In this document: piece after piece, positions 28,301-38,557 of the stretch
Layout: each line of letters begins with the position of its first letter
How positions within the stretch are numbered: the stretch's first letter is position 1
IMG/VR virus record: IMGVR_UViG_3300011013_000008
Span: 22,123 to 86,122 of that record
Reading direction: 5' to 3' (one strand)
Source: a virus
Length of the DNA: 64,000 nucleotides
Made by a program: the position numbers and the translations under genes
The notes under the pieces: generated by a model
The model's input: only the letters and a program-made list of their open reading frames with translations
Told to the model about the DNA's origin: nothing
The model's database searches: none

Positions 28301-30913
28301 AACTGTACCACTAGCACTGACAGTAGTATATATATTAGAATTTTCTATATTAGGATCAGTATACTTTATAGTTGCTGCTACACTAACAAGATCTTGATCT
28401 TTAACATCTCTAATAAAATACTGTTCATCACTAGGATTTAAAGTTACTGTTCTAGTTTCGTTAGCACTAACACCAGAGGTAATATTTATAACTAACTCTA
28501 ACAACGTTCTTGTTTCTTGAGTAGGAGCTGTCCAAGTAACTTTTGCCTGTGGTAATACTGTACCATCTCCAGTTTTATATAAAGTACTATTATCAGAAGT
28601 AATAGTTAAAGCTGAAACTGGACTTAAGTCAGGAGAACTAGAATAAGAAGTTGTTGGAGAATACTTTATAGGCTCTAAAGTAGTTTTATCCCAAACATAA
28701 GCACTGCTACCTTCTTGTCTTATTTTTAGAACTATTTTGCTATCCTGCAACGACCATGAAGTAACAGAAAATATATTATTTCCATTAGTATCAGACCAAC
28801 CAAGTCTATCTATATTTACTTTTATAAAAGACCCAACAGGTATTTCCATAACACTAAGATTACAGATTAAAGTTGCACTAACTCCTAGTCTTGCTCTCTG
28901 TAAGCTAATTCTAGCTAAGCGTTGAGCATCAAAATTACTAGTAGTAAAAGGATACTTAACACTATGTAATAATTCATAACCTCCATCTTCTAAAATATAA
29001 TTAGAATGAGTTTGTTTTGGAAAATCACTCTCTTCCCATTTATTAGCAGGATTTTTAATCGTACCAGATACAGTATTTATTAGATTTGCAGAACCTGCAG
29101 ATCCATCAACAGTAACATCACCAGCTAAATTAGATTCATCTATAGTAAATGTAGGAGTATTATAAGCACCAGGTATAGCTAAAAATTTACCTTGAACATA
29201 AGGTAAAGTTCCAGCACCAGCAGCTAATAAGTTTTCTAAGTTACTAATAGGACTTTGAGCTGTATCAACAATACCATTAATAGTATATCTAGGACTCTGT
29301 ATACGTATATTAGTTACTGTAAAGTCTTGCTCAACTTTAAAAGTAATTACAGTTCTAGTATTATTAGCCTCGTAATAAGAATCTTCTATATAATATCTAG
29401 CTTTACTAATAACTTCTTCAGTATTAGTATCTAATAAAGGAGTAGGCTCTCCATTAATAACAGTTTCACCAATTCTAGTATATACTAAATTAGTAGTAGA
29501 ACCGCCAATAATAATTTCTTCATATTTAACATAGTAATCTGTTTGGTCACCAGTTACATATAAAGTTTTAACATTAGTATTTGTAGAGTAAGGCCCATCA
29601 ATAGCAGATAGAGTACTACCAGTTAGATTAACTATTTCATCAGCTACATTAGCTGCCTCAATAATATTAGAATTAGATATCTCAGAAGATTTCACTCCAA
29701 TTCCATACAAGGAGTTATCAGAATTTCCAATTCTACCATAGTAGTTACCACTAGATAGATAATCTCTTAGACATAGTGCCCAGTTATCGGAATATTCCCA
29801 AGTACTAGAATCAGTTTCTGATTGTAGGGTAGCCCAATTTTGACCAAGAATTACATCACCAAGAAAAGCTTGTAAAAAAGATAAGAATATACCCGCAGTA
29901 TGAGCTTTAATACATCTATATGTTTTTCCAGAAGCACTAGTTACTTTATCATCTACAGCATAAGCAGTATTACCAGACCAATTACCTCTATCATTTAATG
30001 TAAAATTAGCTTCAGACTGTCTAGGATCAAATACACGTTTACCTCTAATTACACATCTAACTTTAGGTATACCAGAATATAATTCTGGGTCATATTTAAA
30101 GCGTAGATATACATATGCAGTATTGGTTAGTATATGGTCAGTAGACCATTGTCTACCCTCAACTGGTTCAGTTCTACCACTACCACTATACGGTACAAAA
30201 GGTAAAGTATCACTATAACGTTCAGGATCGAATACAATTGATCCATCTATATTTACTACTCCACCACCCATTTTAAATTTAGAATGGTTACTAAATACCT
30301 TAGTTTCATCTATAGTAATAGATGTAGGACTTATAGCAGTTACACCATATGGTTCATAGTATTTTAAATTAGAACTATCAGATATAGATCCAGCATCATA
30401 TTGTTTATCAACATTAGCTAGAATAAAATTATCTCCAGTAGTTTGATTACCTCTGTAACCAATAAATTCTATTTTATCTTTATATTTATTATCTACTAGT
30501 TTTAATAAGCCATTAACAACATCAAGTTTAAATACAAGGTCTTCACCAATATATACTTCTTCTATACCATCTATTTCATGGGCAGCTATTGCAACTGCTA
30601 GATTTAAGTAACCACCTGACTCCTTTTGCTCTGTAATACGTCCACCAGATAAATCACTTTCATATTTTAAGTAATATCTATCTAATACATCTAGAAATAC
30701 TGCAGTACCACCTACCATAGTACGTCCATAAACAATTTTATGTGATTCTGAAGCACTTCTTACTACTAAATTCTGTGAACCTAAATCTTCATTAGAGCTG
30801 GGGGCTAAAATTGCTCCAAGTATATAAGCATCTATAATATTAGCTGCTAGTACAGAAAAAAATAGTGCTCCCCCTTGTAAGCCTAAAGTACCTACATAAG
30901 CCGCTGCTGGCAT
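25361..30913 (-). CDS. tail tip / host specificity protein (J-like central fibre)
   Basis: IVYGRTMVGG, IRGKRVFDPR, YSDNWALCLRDYL, FN3 repeats, carbohydrate-binding-like modules, GYKHFNDGLLIIWG C-terminus. Confidence 0.85.
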   Translation of the reverse strand: MPAAAYVGTLGLQGGALFFSVLAANIIDAYILGAILAPSSNEDLGSQNLVVRSASESHKIVYGRTMVGGTAVFLDVLDRYYLKYESDLSGGRITEQKESGGYLNLAVAIAAHEIDGIEEVYIGEDLVFKLDVVNGLLKLVDNKYKDKIEFIGYRGNQTTGDNFILANVDKQYDAGSISDSSNLKYYEPYGVTAISPTSITIDETKVFSNHSKFKMGGGVVNIDGSIVFDPERYSDTLPFVPYSGSGRTEPVEGRQWSTDHILTNTAYVYLRFKYDPELYSGIPKVRCVIRGKRVFDPRQSEANFTLNDRGNWSGNTAYAVDDKVTSASGKTYRCIKAHTAGIFLSFLQAFLGDVILGQNWATLQSETDSSTWEYSDNWALCLRDYLSSGNYYGRIGNSDNSLYGIGVKSSEISNSNIIEAANVADEIVNLTGSTLSAIDGPYSTNTNVKTLYVTGDQTDYYVKYEEIIIGGSTTNLVYTRIGETVINGEPTPLLDTNTEEVISKARYYIEDSYYEANNTRTVITFKVEQDFTVTNIRIQSPRYTINGIVDTAQSPISNLENLLAAGAGTLPYVQGKFLAIPGAYNTPTFTIDESNLAGDVTVDGSAGSANLINTVSGTIKNPANKWEESDFPKQTHSNYILEDGGYELLHSVKYPFTTSNFDAQRLARISLQRARLGVSATLICNLSVMEIPVGSFIKVNIDRLGWSDTNGNNIFSVTSWSLQDSKIVLKIRQEGSSAYVWDKTTLEPIKYSPTTSYSSSPDLSPVSALTITSDNSTLYKTGDGTVLPQAKVTWTAPTQETRTLLELVINITSGVSANETRTVTLNPSDEQYFIRDVKDQDLVSVAATIKYTDPNIENSNIYTTVSASGTVVGKSAAPNPVTGLNVTSGLDGQIKISWTNPTDLDFKHTTIYSANVNNWNDASKKVIGTTSGTTLTDVDNQYATMYYWAIAEDTTGNVSVRTPNAITGVSGTQNLVDAQASANTAEANAKAYTDNVVKTLADNAYAGTDNASVYATLDKAPFLMFQVVNNNTWPDTYGGVVTHWYASNRATQVFYLAAISAANESEEWTREVNPTSYPTWSAWKKKEIYSNSDIDVLQTINAPSEAGATAGSTWNSNISGQPSDTTVLNTNQQWSDVINSSEILKRYNGNDLATANREYYISCQVDNNHNANGWYKVASFTLVNNWTSWSFNGTANLGSSTGRYTNSARVSISGVVTSGSPLGIGSSVFSVSVDNQTQFDARFKVYREAIGNPINSYKWTIYAYTTNYTSVRLEGIWRKGTGSTAWINDNQTVGNSLGTTYSPVGILLTPNFNYEPQATVGAQSGVNIKNYGGTVVGDTQLLNANTTPADIGYTGALNATQNQSDAQTQQDITTARTIAMANATGANLLNTGTFTDSLFKGDWTSGSVVAISSVAGVSALDGYTHALKLTQRDNYDQTNRIPVTPGETMYWACWINTQATTQLTQFGYRQWIGGVAQNLWPYAVNLAAGNDWTYLTGELVIASGTTSIAPFLQINSFNTFGEPLVQGLVISRTNPNADITASNIAAGIAGQGKLALLNQVDNTQIANGTITDAQIGSLSADKITAGTLTARTVQTKSTGQRMVLNSTTNEAEFYDSNNYKVATIGINLGYGTDNTVLKLGSSLATTGKYQAIHAESNGPTYTIRAQNYKSGYSSAIIGYGYVRGVEGGTNGNSKGAIGVTAFASTAEGVPLYIEPSIASYKPAGAYEGSMWVPSDGNSMHAYLSSRWNEFSVTRAKSIGSSTQGYKHFNDGLLIIWGTFASNTVNNQTVSYHSGLTFTTPFLTMAIPNDSSISDAVGIHVHYITTSNFVVHRDISMSANTARYIAWGYKA

Positions 30914-30914
30914 A

Positions 30915-31316
30915 TTAAATCTCCCATCTATATATACAATCTTTTAAGTCTACGTAGCATATTCCAGATCCTTCTTTTAAGAATACTACTTTACTACCAA
31001 TACAAATACCTAGTGATGCTTGTATTCCTTCATTACGTTGTATTAAATCTCCTCGCTTAGCATATGGTAAGCTAGAGTATTTTTGTTTCAAAGCTCTAGA
31101 AACCTGGTCCTGCATAGGTTCTGACTTCTGAGCTCTTAAAGCTTCCCTTTTATTTGACCAAGTAGGTTTCCATTCAAAATCACTAATCTTCTTTATTACA
31201 CTAATTGACCATATAGTACAATCATTTTTACCATATTCAAATTTAAGTGTTTTAGCTTTTTCAATCTCTGAATATAATATTTGTTCCCAATTATCCTTTC
31301 TAGTCAGGCTCCCCAT
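30915..31316 (-). CDS. NlpC/P60-like tail assembly protein
   Basis: FEYGKNDC, AKRGDL, LGICIG; upstream of the J-like gene. Confidence 0.7.
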   Translation of the reverse strand: MGSLTRKDNWEQILYSEIEKAKTLKFEYGKNDCTIWSISVIKKISDFEWKPTWSNKREALRAQKSEPMQDQVSRALKQKYSSLPYAKRGDLIQRNEGIQASLGICIGSKVVFLKEGSGICYVDLKDCIYRWEI

Positions 31317-31921
31317 ACTACTTCCTTATTTACTAAATCTGCAACATTATCAAAGCCTCTATCAGTTCCTAATATTAGTTTCTGAGTACCAGAATTATAT
31401 CTTTTAACTCTAGGACGTTCCCAGTCTGCTAAAATAGATTCTAACTCTAATGATACATCAGCTGCATTATCTTGTAAGTTTACCTTTAATATAGACATAA
31501 ATCCTTTAAATAGTAATATAGGATCTTGTATAACAGTATGAGTATCCTTATTTAGTACTGCTAGAGCTAACATAGCATCTCCACCATAGTAATCTTTTGC
31601 TAATGCTAGAGCTATGTATGAGGAATCAATACCATTTAACTTAACTGTTAGGTTATTAGACTTTAGTTCCAATGATTCTTCAGTGGAAGATATTGAAGCA
31701 ATACCCCCTACACCTATATATGTTGCAGCAGGTAGGATATTACTATTAACTAACGTAATATCTGTTAATGAACCTGCAAAGTATTTTTGAAATCGTGTAT
31801 CTGGGCCAGTACCATCTTTATCTGGGAAATCTAAATATAGTAGTGGTACAGCAACTAACTGATTACTAGTTAGTTGTGCATTGACATCTACATGTAAATT
31901 TCTATCTAAAGTTACTGCCAT
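31304..31921 (-). CDS. baseplate hub / minor tail protein
   Basis: YIGVGGIASIS...LNGI...WERP...Q...DRGF...WG pattern. Confidence 0.7.
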   Translation of the reverse strand: MAVTLDRNLHVDVNAQLTSNQLVAVPLLYLDFPDKDGTGPDTRFQKYFAGSLTDITLVNSNILPAATYIGVGGIASISSTEESLELKSNNLTVKLNGIDSSYIALALAKDYYGGDAMLALAVLNKDTHTVIQDPILLFKGFMSILKVNLQDNAADVSLELESILADWERPRVKRYNSGTQKLILGTDRGFDNVADLVNKEVVWGA

Positions 31922-31922
31922 T

Positions 31923-32531
31923 TTAAAATCCCTCTATACATTCTATACTTATATTTGATAGTAATGCTTCATTATTACTAGTCCATCTTGATTCATTACT
32001 AGATAACATCATAGTAACACTATAATCTGTTAAAGTTATAGCAGCGGCATTACTTGGAGATATTCTTATTGGGGGTTCAAAAGTAATAGTAGCATTACCG
32101 CTAACATCAGAAGTCACATCTTTAGTAACCATTTTTAACTCACCATTACTAAATTGAAAATAATCTCCTTTTAATAATAGTCCTGATTGGCTCGCTGTCC
32201 AACCTGAAGTAGTTACTGTATTCCCTACCTGATTTGCACCATTGACGGTCACCGCGCCAGGGGCGCTGATTGACCCGCGTGGTGCTGGGTGGGTGAAATC
32301 GGTAAGAAAAAACCTACCGCTAGAACCTCTCAATTGAGCCAAGAAGGCAGACATGAGTCTGCCTTCGTAAGGCTCTAGGTCACTAAAAGATAATGAACAT
32401 ACCCATCTAGCTCCGGGTATCTCAATAGTTTGAGTACTACCCGATAAGGTACTAGTGTTTATCTGTGTATTATATTTAATACCGAAAGATGAAGAACTAG
32501 GTATAACATTTGGAAAGGGTATTGTTGCCAT
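31923..32531 (-). CDS. distal tail protein (Dit)
   Basis: Follows the tape measure gene; PGARW...FLAQLRG...GDYF...FEPPIR. Confidence 0.8.
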   Translation of the reverse strand: MATIPFPNVIPSSSSFGIKYNTQINTSTLSGSTQTIEIPGARWVCSLSFSDLEPYEGRLMSAFLAQLRGSSGRFFLTDFTHPAPRGSISAPGAVTVNGANQVGNTVTTSGWTASQSGLLLKGDYFQFSNGELKMVTKDVTSDVSGNATITFEPPIRISPSNAAAITLTDYSVTMMLSSNESRWTSNNEALLSNISIECIEGF

Positions 32532-35500
32532 TATCTACGTCTTCCTACAGTTTTAGCCATTGTGCCACCTCTATTTATATTATCAACTATTTCTCTAATA
32601 GTATCTTGTTTAATTTGATCTGCATACTGTCTCAATCTAGCTTCACTAGAAGGATCAGCTCCGCTAAAATCATAAGTATTATTTATATTAATATTAGGCT
32701 GAGTATTACCTTCTAGTCTAACAGGAATTGATCTATTATCTGGTAATGGAACAACAGCTTCACTATTTTTACCTTCACCAATTAAAGCATTAGTAGGTCT
32801 ATGTACTATACCACCGGTAGCAAAGTGACTATTTGAACTATCAAATAAAGGTTTATAATTACCTACAGTACCTGGCTTACCTGGAGTTCCACTACCATCA
32901 CTAACCGTACCTAATACAGATGAAATAATTGAATCAGCGGAACCAACAGAACCACCTACTTGCGAAGCAGTATTTCTGTCAAGAGCACCAATTAATAAGT
33001 TAGTAGCAGCTATTTGATCTGCTACTGTAGCATCTCGTTTTACTTCAGAATCAAATAAGGTACTAGCAAACTTAACAATAGCCTGTTTCATATTATCAGC
33101 TATTACACTACCAATAGATTTTCTTAGAGTATCTTTAAGACCTTCTCTAAGAGCAACAGCCATTGATCTTCCTTCCTTTTTACCATCCCATTTATTAGAT
33201 ATAATTGAAGATACTAGATTAGAGGTTACATTATCAATAGCATCTAAAGATACTTTGGCAATATTATCAACAGAGTTACCTAATGTTTTACCCATGTCAT
33301 CTGCTATTATAGCAAATTTAGTACCTACATTAGTCCAGAAATGATTATCACCTAGTAGGCCATTAAAACCGCCTACATATCCAGTATTACCTATATTACC
33401 TCTAGATGCATTATTAGCATCGAATATAGCTTTTTGAACATCAAGCTCTTCTTTAGCCTGCTTAAGTCTAATACCTTGCTGTTTAGCTGTTAATAAATCA
33501 ATTTTTAATTGAGCTTCCTTCTTTATTACAAGGTTTCCAGTTAAATCTAGAATAGTATTATCAAGTTTCTCCTTGATTTTTGTATCCTCTAACTCTTTTA
33601 CCTTCTTATCTGATATTGATTGTGATAGTCTACTCTGCTCCTGTAGTAAGGCAACAACTTTAGCGGAATCTTGAGATAAATTAGAAGCTAAGGCAATTTG
33701 ACTCTTATTATTAGCAAGTGCTTGATTTTGTAAATTAAGCCTAGCTTTATCTATAGCCATAGATCTTCTCTGTGCTTCAACTGCTCCTAGTAAAGAGCCT
33801 ACTGCAACAGTTCTTAAAGCAATTTTACGCTTTAAAGCCTCTTCCTGCGCTAGTATTAGTTGTAATATTAATTTATTGTGCGTAGAATCTTTAGCTATTA
33901 ATTCTTTAAGCTTATCTGTTACACCATATTGAGCTTCTAAATGTGTTAGCTGTAATTTTAAATCCTTTGTTTGTAACCTATATTCCTCAGATATAGCACT
34001 AAGATCACCTTTTTGCTTATTTTCTTGTACTTTTTTAATTTTTTCGCCTAAGATACTTTTATTTACATCAAAATTACGTACTGTATTTATTTGTTTATCT
34101 AAACCTTTTAATTCCTTCTTTAATTTCTTTACTGCCAAAATAGGAGTATCTGTATCTTTCAACATACTTAAAAAAGCTTTTCTATACGCCTTAGGTACAC
34201 TATCTAGGAATGGTTTTATACTATCTTTTGCTTCTTTTAATGAACTTTTTGAGAAAGAAGATAATTCTATTTGTAGTGTCTTTAAGTCATCCCTAAAACC
34301 TATAAGGGTATCAGTATTAAGAATCCTTCGGCTATCAGACTTATTATTTAAATCAGATAGTCTTTTATCATTACCTATTATAAGTCCTTTTATAGTTTTT
34401 TCCGCACTTTTTAATCTATCTATAGGGTCTAGTAATGCTTTTGCTAACTCTGGATATTGTTTAGCAAGAGCCTTTAATACATTATTATCCCCTAATGCTT
34501 TCTCAATAGCATCTGTATTCATAAAAGAAGTAAAAGTTATAGTTCTTTCTGCACTATACTTTGGGTCTATAAGTTTTTTAATAAAGTATGCTTGTTTAGG
34601 ATCTTTATAAATATAATGTATAGGTAGATTTACTGGTTTACCAGTAATACGATTCAACTCTCTCATAGCCTTTTTAATACCTTCTGCAGCTTTTTTAGGC
34701 TCCATAAAAGCATTTATAGGATGTCTAATATAGTCAAAGACACTTAACTTATTTAACTTATCAGATTCTTTTATAATTTTAGATATAGCATCGGCATATT
34801 GATGAGCTACTCCACTTATTTTTGTCCACTTAGTAGAGGCTTCTTCTAAACTTTTGGGTATAGCTTTTATATCCTTATTTATTTCCTTATATCTATCTAT
34901 AGCTTTATCTAATTCTTCTACAGTATCTTGTATAGCGGCAGAATTATTATTAAACTCCTTATTTAATAATCCTAAGGCTTCTATACCAGTACTAATAGTT
35001 TCAAATATAAATAATACTAAAGTCATTTTAGATATAGCACTAAAAGCAGATTCCATAGCTTTTGTTAAAAAAACGGTTACTAAAGCTACTCTTTTAGTAA
35101 CAGATTCTACGACTAAACTAGCCTTAGTGTAGAGACTGGCATCTATACCAGCTCTAACATAAGATTTTGCAACTAAGGATAAAGAGGTTCTTAACTCCTT
35201 ATATGCCCCTTTTAATGTAGTAGCATTAAGTATAGATACTCTACCTTGTGCAGCTATAGATCTAGCACTAAATGTTAGTTTTTCTTGTTCTGCTACTAAT
35301 GCTTCTACAGATGCCTTTTTTATACCCATAGCAACAGTTTCTTTCTCAAGAGACTTTTTTTGCAATATAGAAGCTTCTACTATTTCCCCCTTTAGTGTAC
35401 TTATAGCTGCCTTTTTAGATAACTCACTTTTATCAAACTCACCAGAAGAGCCAACTTTATTAATTTCCTTTTTTAGAGCACTACTAAGCTTAAAAGCTAT

Positions 35501-36718
35501 TTTTTGTTTTCTAAACTGTTTAGTAAGCTCTTCTCCAGTAATCCCTGAGGCCATCATTTTAGCTAAAGATTTAGATATTTCACCATTTTTATTAAGTTTT
35601 GGCATTATATCTTTTTGTATTAACTCTCTTAAATCTATACCTGCCTGTTTACCTGTCATGCCAGGCTGACTAGGGCGTATTCTTTCTAAGACTGCAAGCT
35701 CTTTCTTTCTTTTGGTTAGTATGTCCATTTTTTCAATAGCACGCATACTAGCAGCTTCTGCTTCCTCTGAAGTCCGTTTTAAAATCTGTTGGGCTTCTTC
35801 TCCCATAGTACCAAGTATTGGTATTGCCTTTTTACCAATGGAAGCAATTAATAAGCCAATACCTGCACTCATTAGTGCAGTATTTTTAGAGAAAATTTCT
35901 GCTATACCAGTAACTGGAATACTGACTACTTTTACTAAATTAATTGCAAGTTCACTTAGAGAAGCACTTAACCTTGCATATGGGTTAACAGCCTTCTCTA
36001 CATCTGCAAACTTCTGAGTACCTTGAGTTATTAACTGATTAATTATAGCTTGTTGCTTCTCAAATGTGGTTAGAGTAGTAGCAGTTTTCTTATGTGCATC
36101 TGCATAGTCCTGTGTAGCTTTAGTAACACGTAATATAATACCTAATTCATCAACAAGTTCAGGCTCACCTTTAGTAACGGCCTGTATCATTCTACCAACA
36201 GATTCTGGTACTGAGCGTCCTAGAGTATTAGCTGCTTTATTTGCGATTTCAGTAATAGTTTCTAGCTGCTGTGCTGTAGCTCCACCACTTAAACCAAGGT
36301 TAGCTTGTCTCATTGCTTCTTGGAAGCTTATAGCACCACCTGTAATCTCTTTCATGCTATTAGCAACAGCGCTATAGGAAATACCTGTAGTAGTTGCTAA
36401 ATCATTAGCAGCTTTTTCCATTATAGATAAATCAGAATTTTGTTTCAGTACTTCATAGGCTGCACTTAACGCAAATACGTTAGCTGCAACTGTAGCATAT
36501 ACATGTACTAAACCACCCATACCTTGAGCCTGTTTGGCAAAGTTAGAGGTAGTATTCTTACTAATATTACCAGCACCTTTTAAATTCTTATCAAGATTAG
36601 CTGCTTCTACACCCGCAGCTTTAGTTTCATGATGTAGTTTGTTTAAGTCTTGAGTTACACTCTTAACTTGATTTTTTCCATCTATAACTATTTCTAGTGT
36701 TATCTTTTTATTTGACAT
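32531..36718 (-). CDS. tail tape measure protein
   Basis: 1395 aa; T5-type FAKQAQGMGGLVHVYATVAANVFALSAA and KGEPELVDELGI; C-terminal FATGGIV...GEGK.SEAVVPL. Confidence 0.92.
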   Translation of the reverse strand: MSNKKITLEIVIDGKNQVKSVTQDLNKLHHETKAAGVEAANLDKNLKGAGNISKNTTSNFAKQAQGMGGLVHVYATVAANVFALSAAYEVLKQNSDLSIMEKAANDLATTTGISYSAVANSMKEITGGAISFQEAMRQANLGLSGGATAQQLETITEIANKAANTLGRSVPESVGRMIQAVTKGEPELVDELGIILRVTKATQDYADAHKKTATTLTTFEKQQAIINQLITQGTQKFADVEKAVNPYARLSASLSELAINLVKVVSIPVTGIAEIFSKNTALMSAGIGLLIASIGKKAIPILGTMGEEAQQILKRTSEEAEAASMRAIEKMDILTKRKKELAVLERIRPSQPGMTGKQAGIDLRELIQKDIMPKLNKNGEISKSLAKMMASGITGEELTKQFRKQKIAFKLSSALKKEINKVGSSGEFDKSELSKKAAISTLKGEIVEASILQKKSLEKETVAMGIKKASVEALVAEQEKLTFSARSIAAQGRVSILNATTLKGAYKELRTSLSLVAKSYVRAGIDASLYTKASLVVESVTKRVALVTVFLTKAMESAFSAISKMTLVLFIFETISTGIEALGLLNKEFNNNSAAIQDTVEELDKAIDRYKEINKDIKAIPKSLEEASTKWTKISGVAHQYADAISKIIKESDKLNKLSVFDYIRHPINAFMEPKKAAEGIKKAMRELNRITGKPVNLPIHYIYKDPKQAYFIKKLIDPKYSAERTITFTSFMNTDAIEKALGDNNVLKALAKQYPELAKALLDPIDRLKSAEKTIKGLIIGNDKRLSDLNNKSDSRRILNTDTLIGFRDDLKTLQIELSSFSKSSLKEAKDSIKPFLDSVPKAYRKAFLSMLKDTDTPILAVKKLKKELKGLDKQINTVRNFDVNKSILGEKIKKVQENKQKGDLSAISEEYRLQTKDLKLQLTHLEAQYGVTDKLKELIAKDSTHNKLILQLILAQEEALKRKIALRTVAVGSLLGAVEAQRRSMAIDKARLNLQNQALANNKSQIALASNLSQDSAKVVALLQEQSRLSQSISDKKVKELEDTKIKEKLDNTILDLTGNLVIKKEAQLKIDLLTAKQQGIRLKQAKEELDVQKAIFDANNASRGNIGNTGYVGGFNGLLGDNHFWTNVGTKFAIIADDMGKTLGNSVDNIAKVSLDAIDNVTSNLVSSIISNKWDGKKEGRSMAVALREGLKDTLRKSIGSVIADNMKQAIVKFASTLFDSEVKRDATVADQIAATNLLIGALDRNTASQVGGSVGSADSIISSVLGTVSDGSGTPGKPGTVGNYKPLFDSSNSHFATGGIVHRPTNALIGEGKNSEAVVPLPDNRSIPVRLEGNTQPNININNTYDFSGADPSSEARLRQYADQIKQDTIREIVDNINRGGTMAKTVGRRR

Positions 36719-37043
36719 TACTTACCTTCTTACGCATATTCTCATTAGTAATATTAGTACCCTCACTAATTATAGTTAATATTAAATCTAACATATCTGG
36801 TTGGTTAGATACATTGTACATATCTAACAAGAATGGTAGCATACTTAAATCCTTACCCATAGAAGCTCCAGCCATACTATCCCATTTATCTGGTAATATA
36901 TTGACTATTTCCATAGCCAATTTAGTATCTGTTAGAAAATCATTATATTCTATAGGTATTTTATCTGGATCTACCTGTGAGTTAGTTACCTTACAAATCT
37001 CTAAGTATTTTTCTTTACTTATACCTAATGAGCTATTACGCAA
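36708..37043 (-). CDS. tail assembly chaperone, frameshift extension
   Basis: KEKYLEIC...PDKWDSMAG...GKDLS; frame open back to 37100; no clear RBS. Confidence 0.7.
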   Translation of the reverse strand: MRNSSLGISKEKYLEICKVTNSQVDPDKIPIEYNDFLTDTKLAMEIVNILPDKWDSMAGASMGKDLSMLPFLLDMYNVSNQPDMLDLILTIISEGTNITNENMRKKVSNVK

Positions 37044-37072
37044 GTAGTCTTTTATTCTAGTGCGCTCTTTCT

Positions 37073-37480
37073 CTAGGAGCCTTTGTTGAAAAGCGAGATA
37101 TCAGACATAATACTGGTTAACCAACCATCGAATAATTTTGAGTTAGTTACTAAAGTGTAGGCATTTTCCTGTGTGTATTCTAACTCTCCTTCTTCTGGAA
37201 GTTCACCATCAGCGATTAATAGAAAGTCTGTTAAATATTCATACTTAAGACCTTTCCATCCTGTTAGAGCTTTATTTACATATAACTTAGTAAATAACTC
37301 ATCGTCAAGACCTTCTATAGGTGCATGAGTTTTTTGGTCAAAAACAATAGTTTTTGCTTTATCTCCAATTTTTCTAAGACTTTCTTTACTTAGATAAGTG
37401 ATTTGTACTTCAAAGCCTTCCTTCTCTGGAAATGGTACTGTAATTTGTTTGGTTTCAGCTAGTAAACTGCTAAGTTGCAT
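37073..37480 (-). CDS. tail assembly chaperone
   Basis: GWKGLKYEYL...YTQENA; position before the tape measure gene. Confidence 0.8.
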   Translation of the reverse strand: MQLSSLLAETKQITVPFPEKEGFEVQITYLSKESLRKIGDKAKTIVFDQKTHAPIEGLDDELFTKLYVNKALTGWKGLKYEYLTDFLLIADGELPEEGELEYTQENAYTLVTNSKLFDGWLTSIMSDISLFNKGS

Positions 37481-37492
37481 CTTGTATTTCTC

Positions 37493-38506
37493 CTATGTCT
37501 CATAAATTATATGAATTTCATCACCAGCTCCTGGAACTGATTCCTGGGGTGATACTCCTATATCCACTGTATTCATTTGTCCTACAGTTGGATTTTTTAA
37601 AGCTATTTTTCCTTGTGGTATAACTATAGATGCCTTAGTAGAACTACTAGAGCCACCTATACTAAATGTAATAGCACTATTAGTATTAATAGTGTCTAAT
37701 GTATTGTAGTTAAATAATGTTTTAAGTAAGTCTGAACTACCTAATGTTTTATCATCTAAGTAAAACTTTGCAGCTAGACTAGTAGTTCTGCTTTTATTAT
37801 AATGCCCGGAAACATCAGATAATTGTCCTAATCTAACTCGTCTTATAGGTATAACACTATTAGATATAGTGAAACTAGCCGATACAACAGCTAAGTTATA
37901 ATCAGAACCACCTAAGTTTAAAGCTATCGTAGATAGTTTATTACGTATAAAGGTTCTATTATCAAATAAGTTAGGACTACCAGTTAATGTAGTATTAGTA
38001 ATATACTCTAAATTTAGAGCAAATACTTCCCAAGTAGCTTTTGCTATTGTACTTATAGATAAATCTATCTTTACACTAGCAATAACTCCCCTACTAATTT
38101 TATAATAAGTTCCATCATCAAAAATTAGATAAAAATATAATTCTCTTAACTTATTTGTATTACCATTAAAAAAAGATATAGTTGAATCAACTACTGTGTC
38201 AGTAGTATCTGTAGCAGATAATGATTCCCATAATAATTTTTCTGCAGATATAACATTACCACTATCTATGATAGGTTTTAAATAAGTATCAAAACTAAAA
38301 TTAACTCCTGAATACCCAGTATTAAATGCTAGAGGAACTTTTCTAGTAGAAGTACTAACTTGACTAGGTTTACTAGTAATAGCTGTAGTATTTCTATTAA
38401 GACTTATTTCTTTTAGTATTGATATTTCATGTGAATTAGTATTAAAGTTAGTAGTATCTTGGGTTGAAACCACTAATCTAACCTTTGGTGATATAACTAT
38501 GCTCAT
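37493..38506 (-). CDS. baseplate-proximal tube protein (T5 p140-like)
   Basis: Paralogue of the tube protein (TYLKP...EKLLWESL, RNKLST). Confidence 0.75.
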   Translation of the reverse strand: MSIVISPKVRLVVSTQDTTNFNTNSHEISILKEISLNRNTTAITSKPSQVSTSTRKVPLAFNTGYSGVNFSFDTYLKPIIDSGNVISAEKLLWESLSATDTTDTVVDSTISFFNGNTNKLRELYFYLIFDDGTYYKISRGVIASVKIDLSISTIAKATWEVFALNLEYITNTTLTGSPNLFDNRTFIRNKLSTIALNLGGSDYNLAVVSASFTISNSVIPIRRVRLGQLSDVSGHYNKSRTTSLAAKFYLDDKTLGSSDLLKTLFNYNTLDTINTNSAITFSIGGSSSSTKASIVIPQGKIALKNPTVGQMNTVDIGVSPQESVPGAGDEIHIIYET

Positions 38507-38522
38507 AAATAATCTCTATAGT

Positions 38523-38551
38523 AAAAAGGGAGAGATAAAAATCTCTCCCTT
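38523..38551 (-). terminator. intrinsic terminator after the tail tube gene
   Basis: AAGGGAGAGAT/ATCTCTCCCTT with a T tract on the - strand. Confidence 0.85.
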
Positions 38552-38557
38552 AATATC

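Noticed and set aside
25361-30913. Diversity-generating retroelement acting on the tail tip
   Set aside because: No reverse transcriptase and no TR/VR pair was seen in the window.
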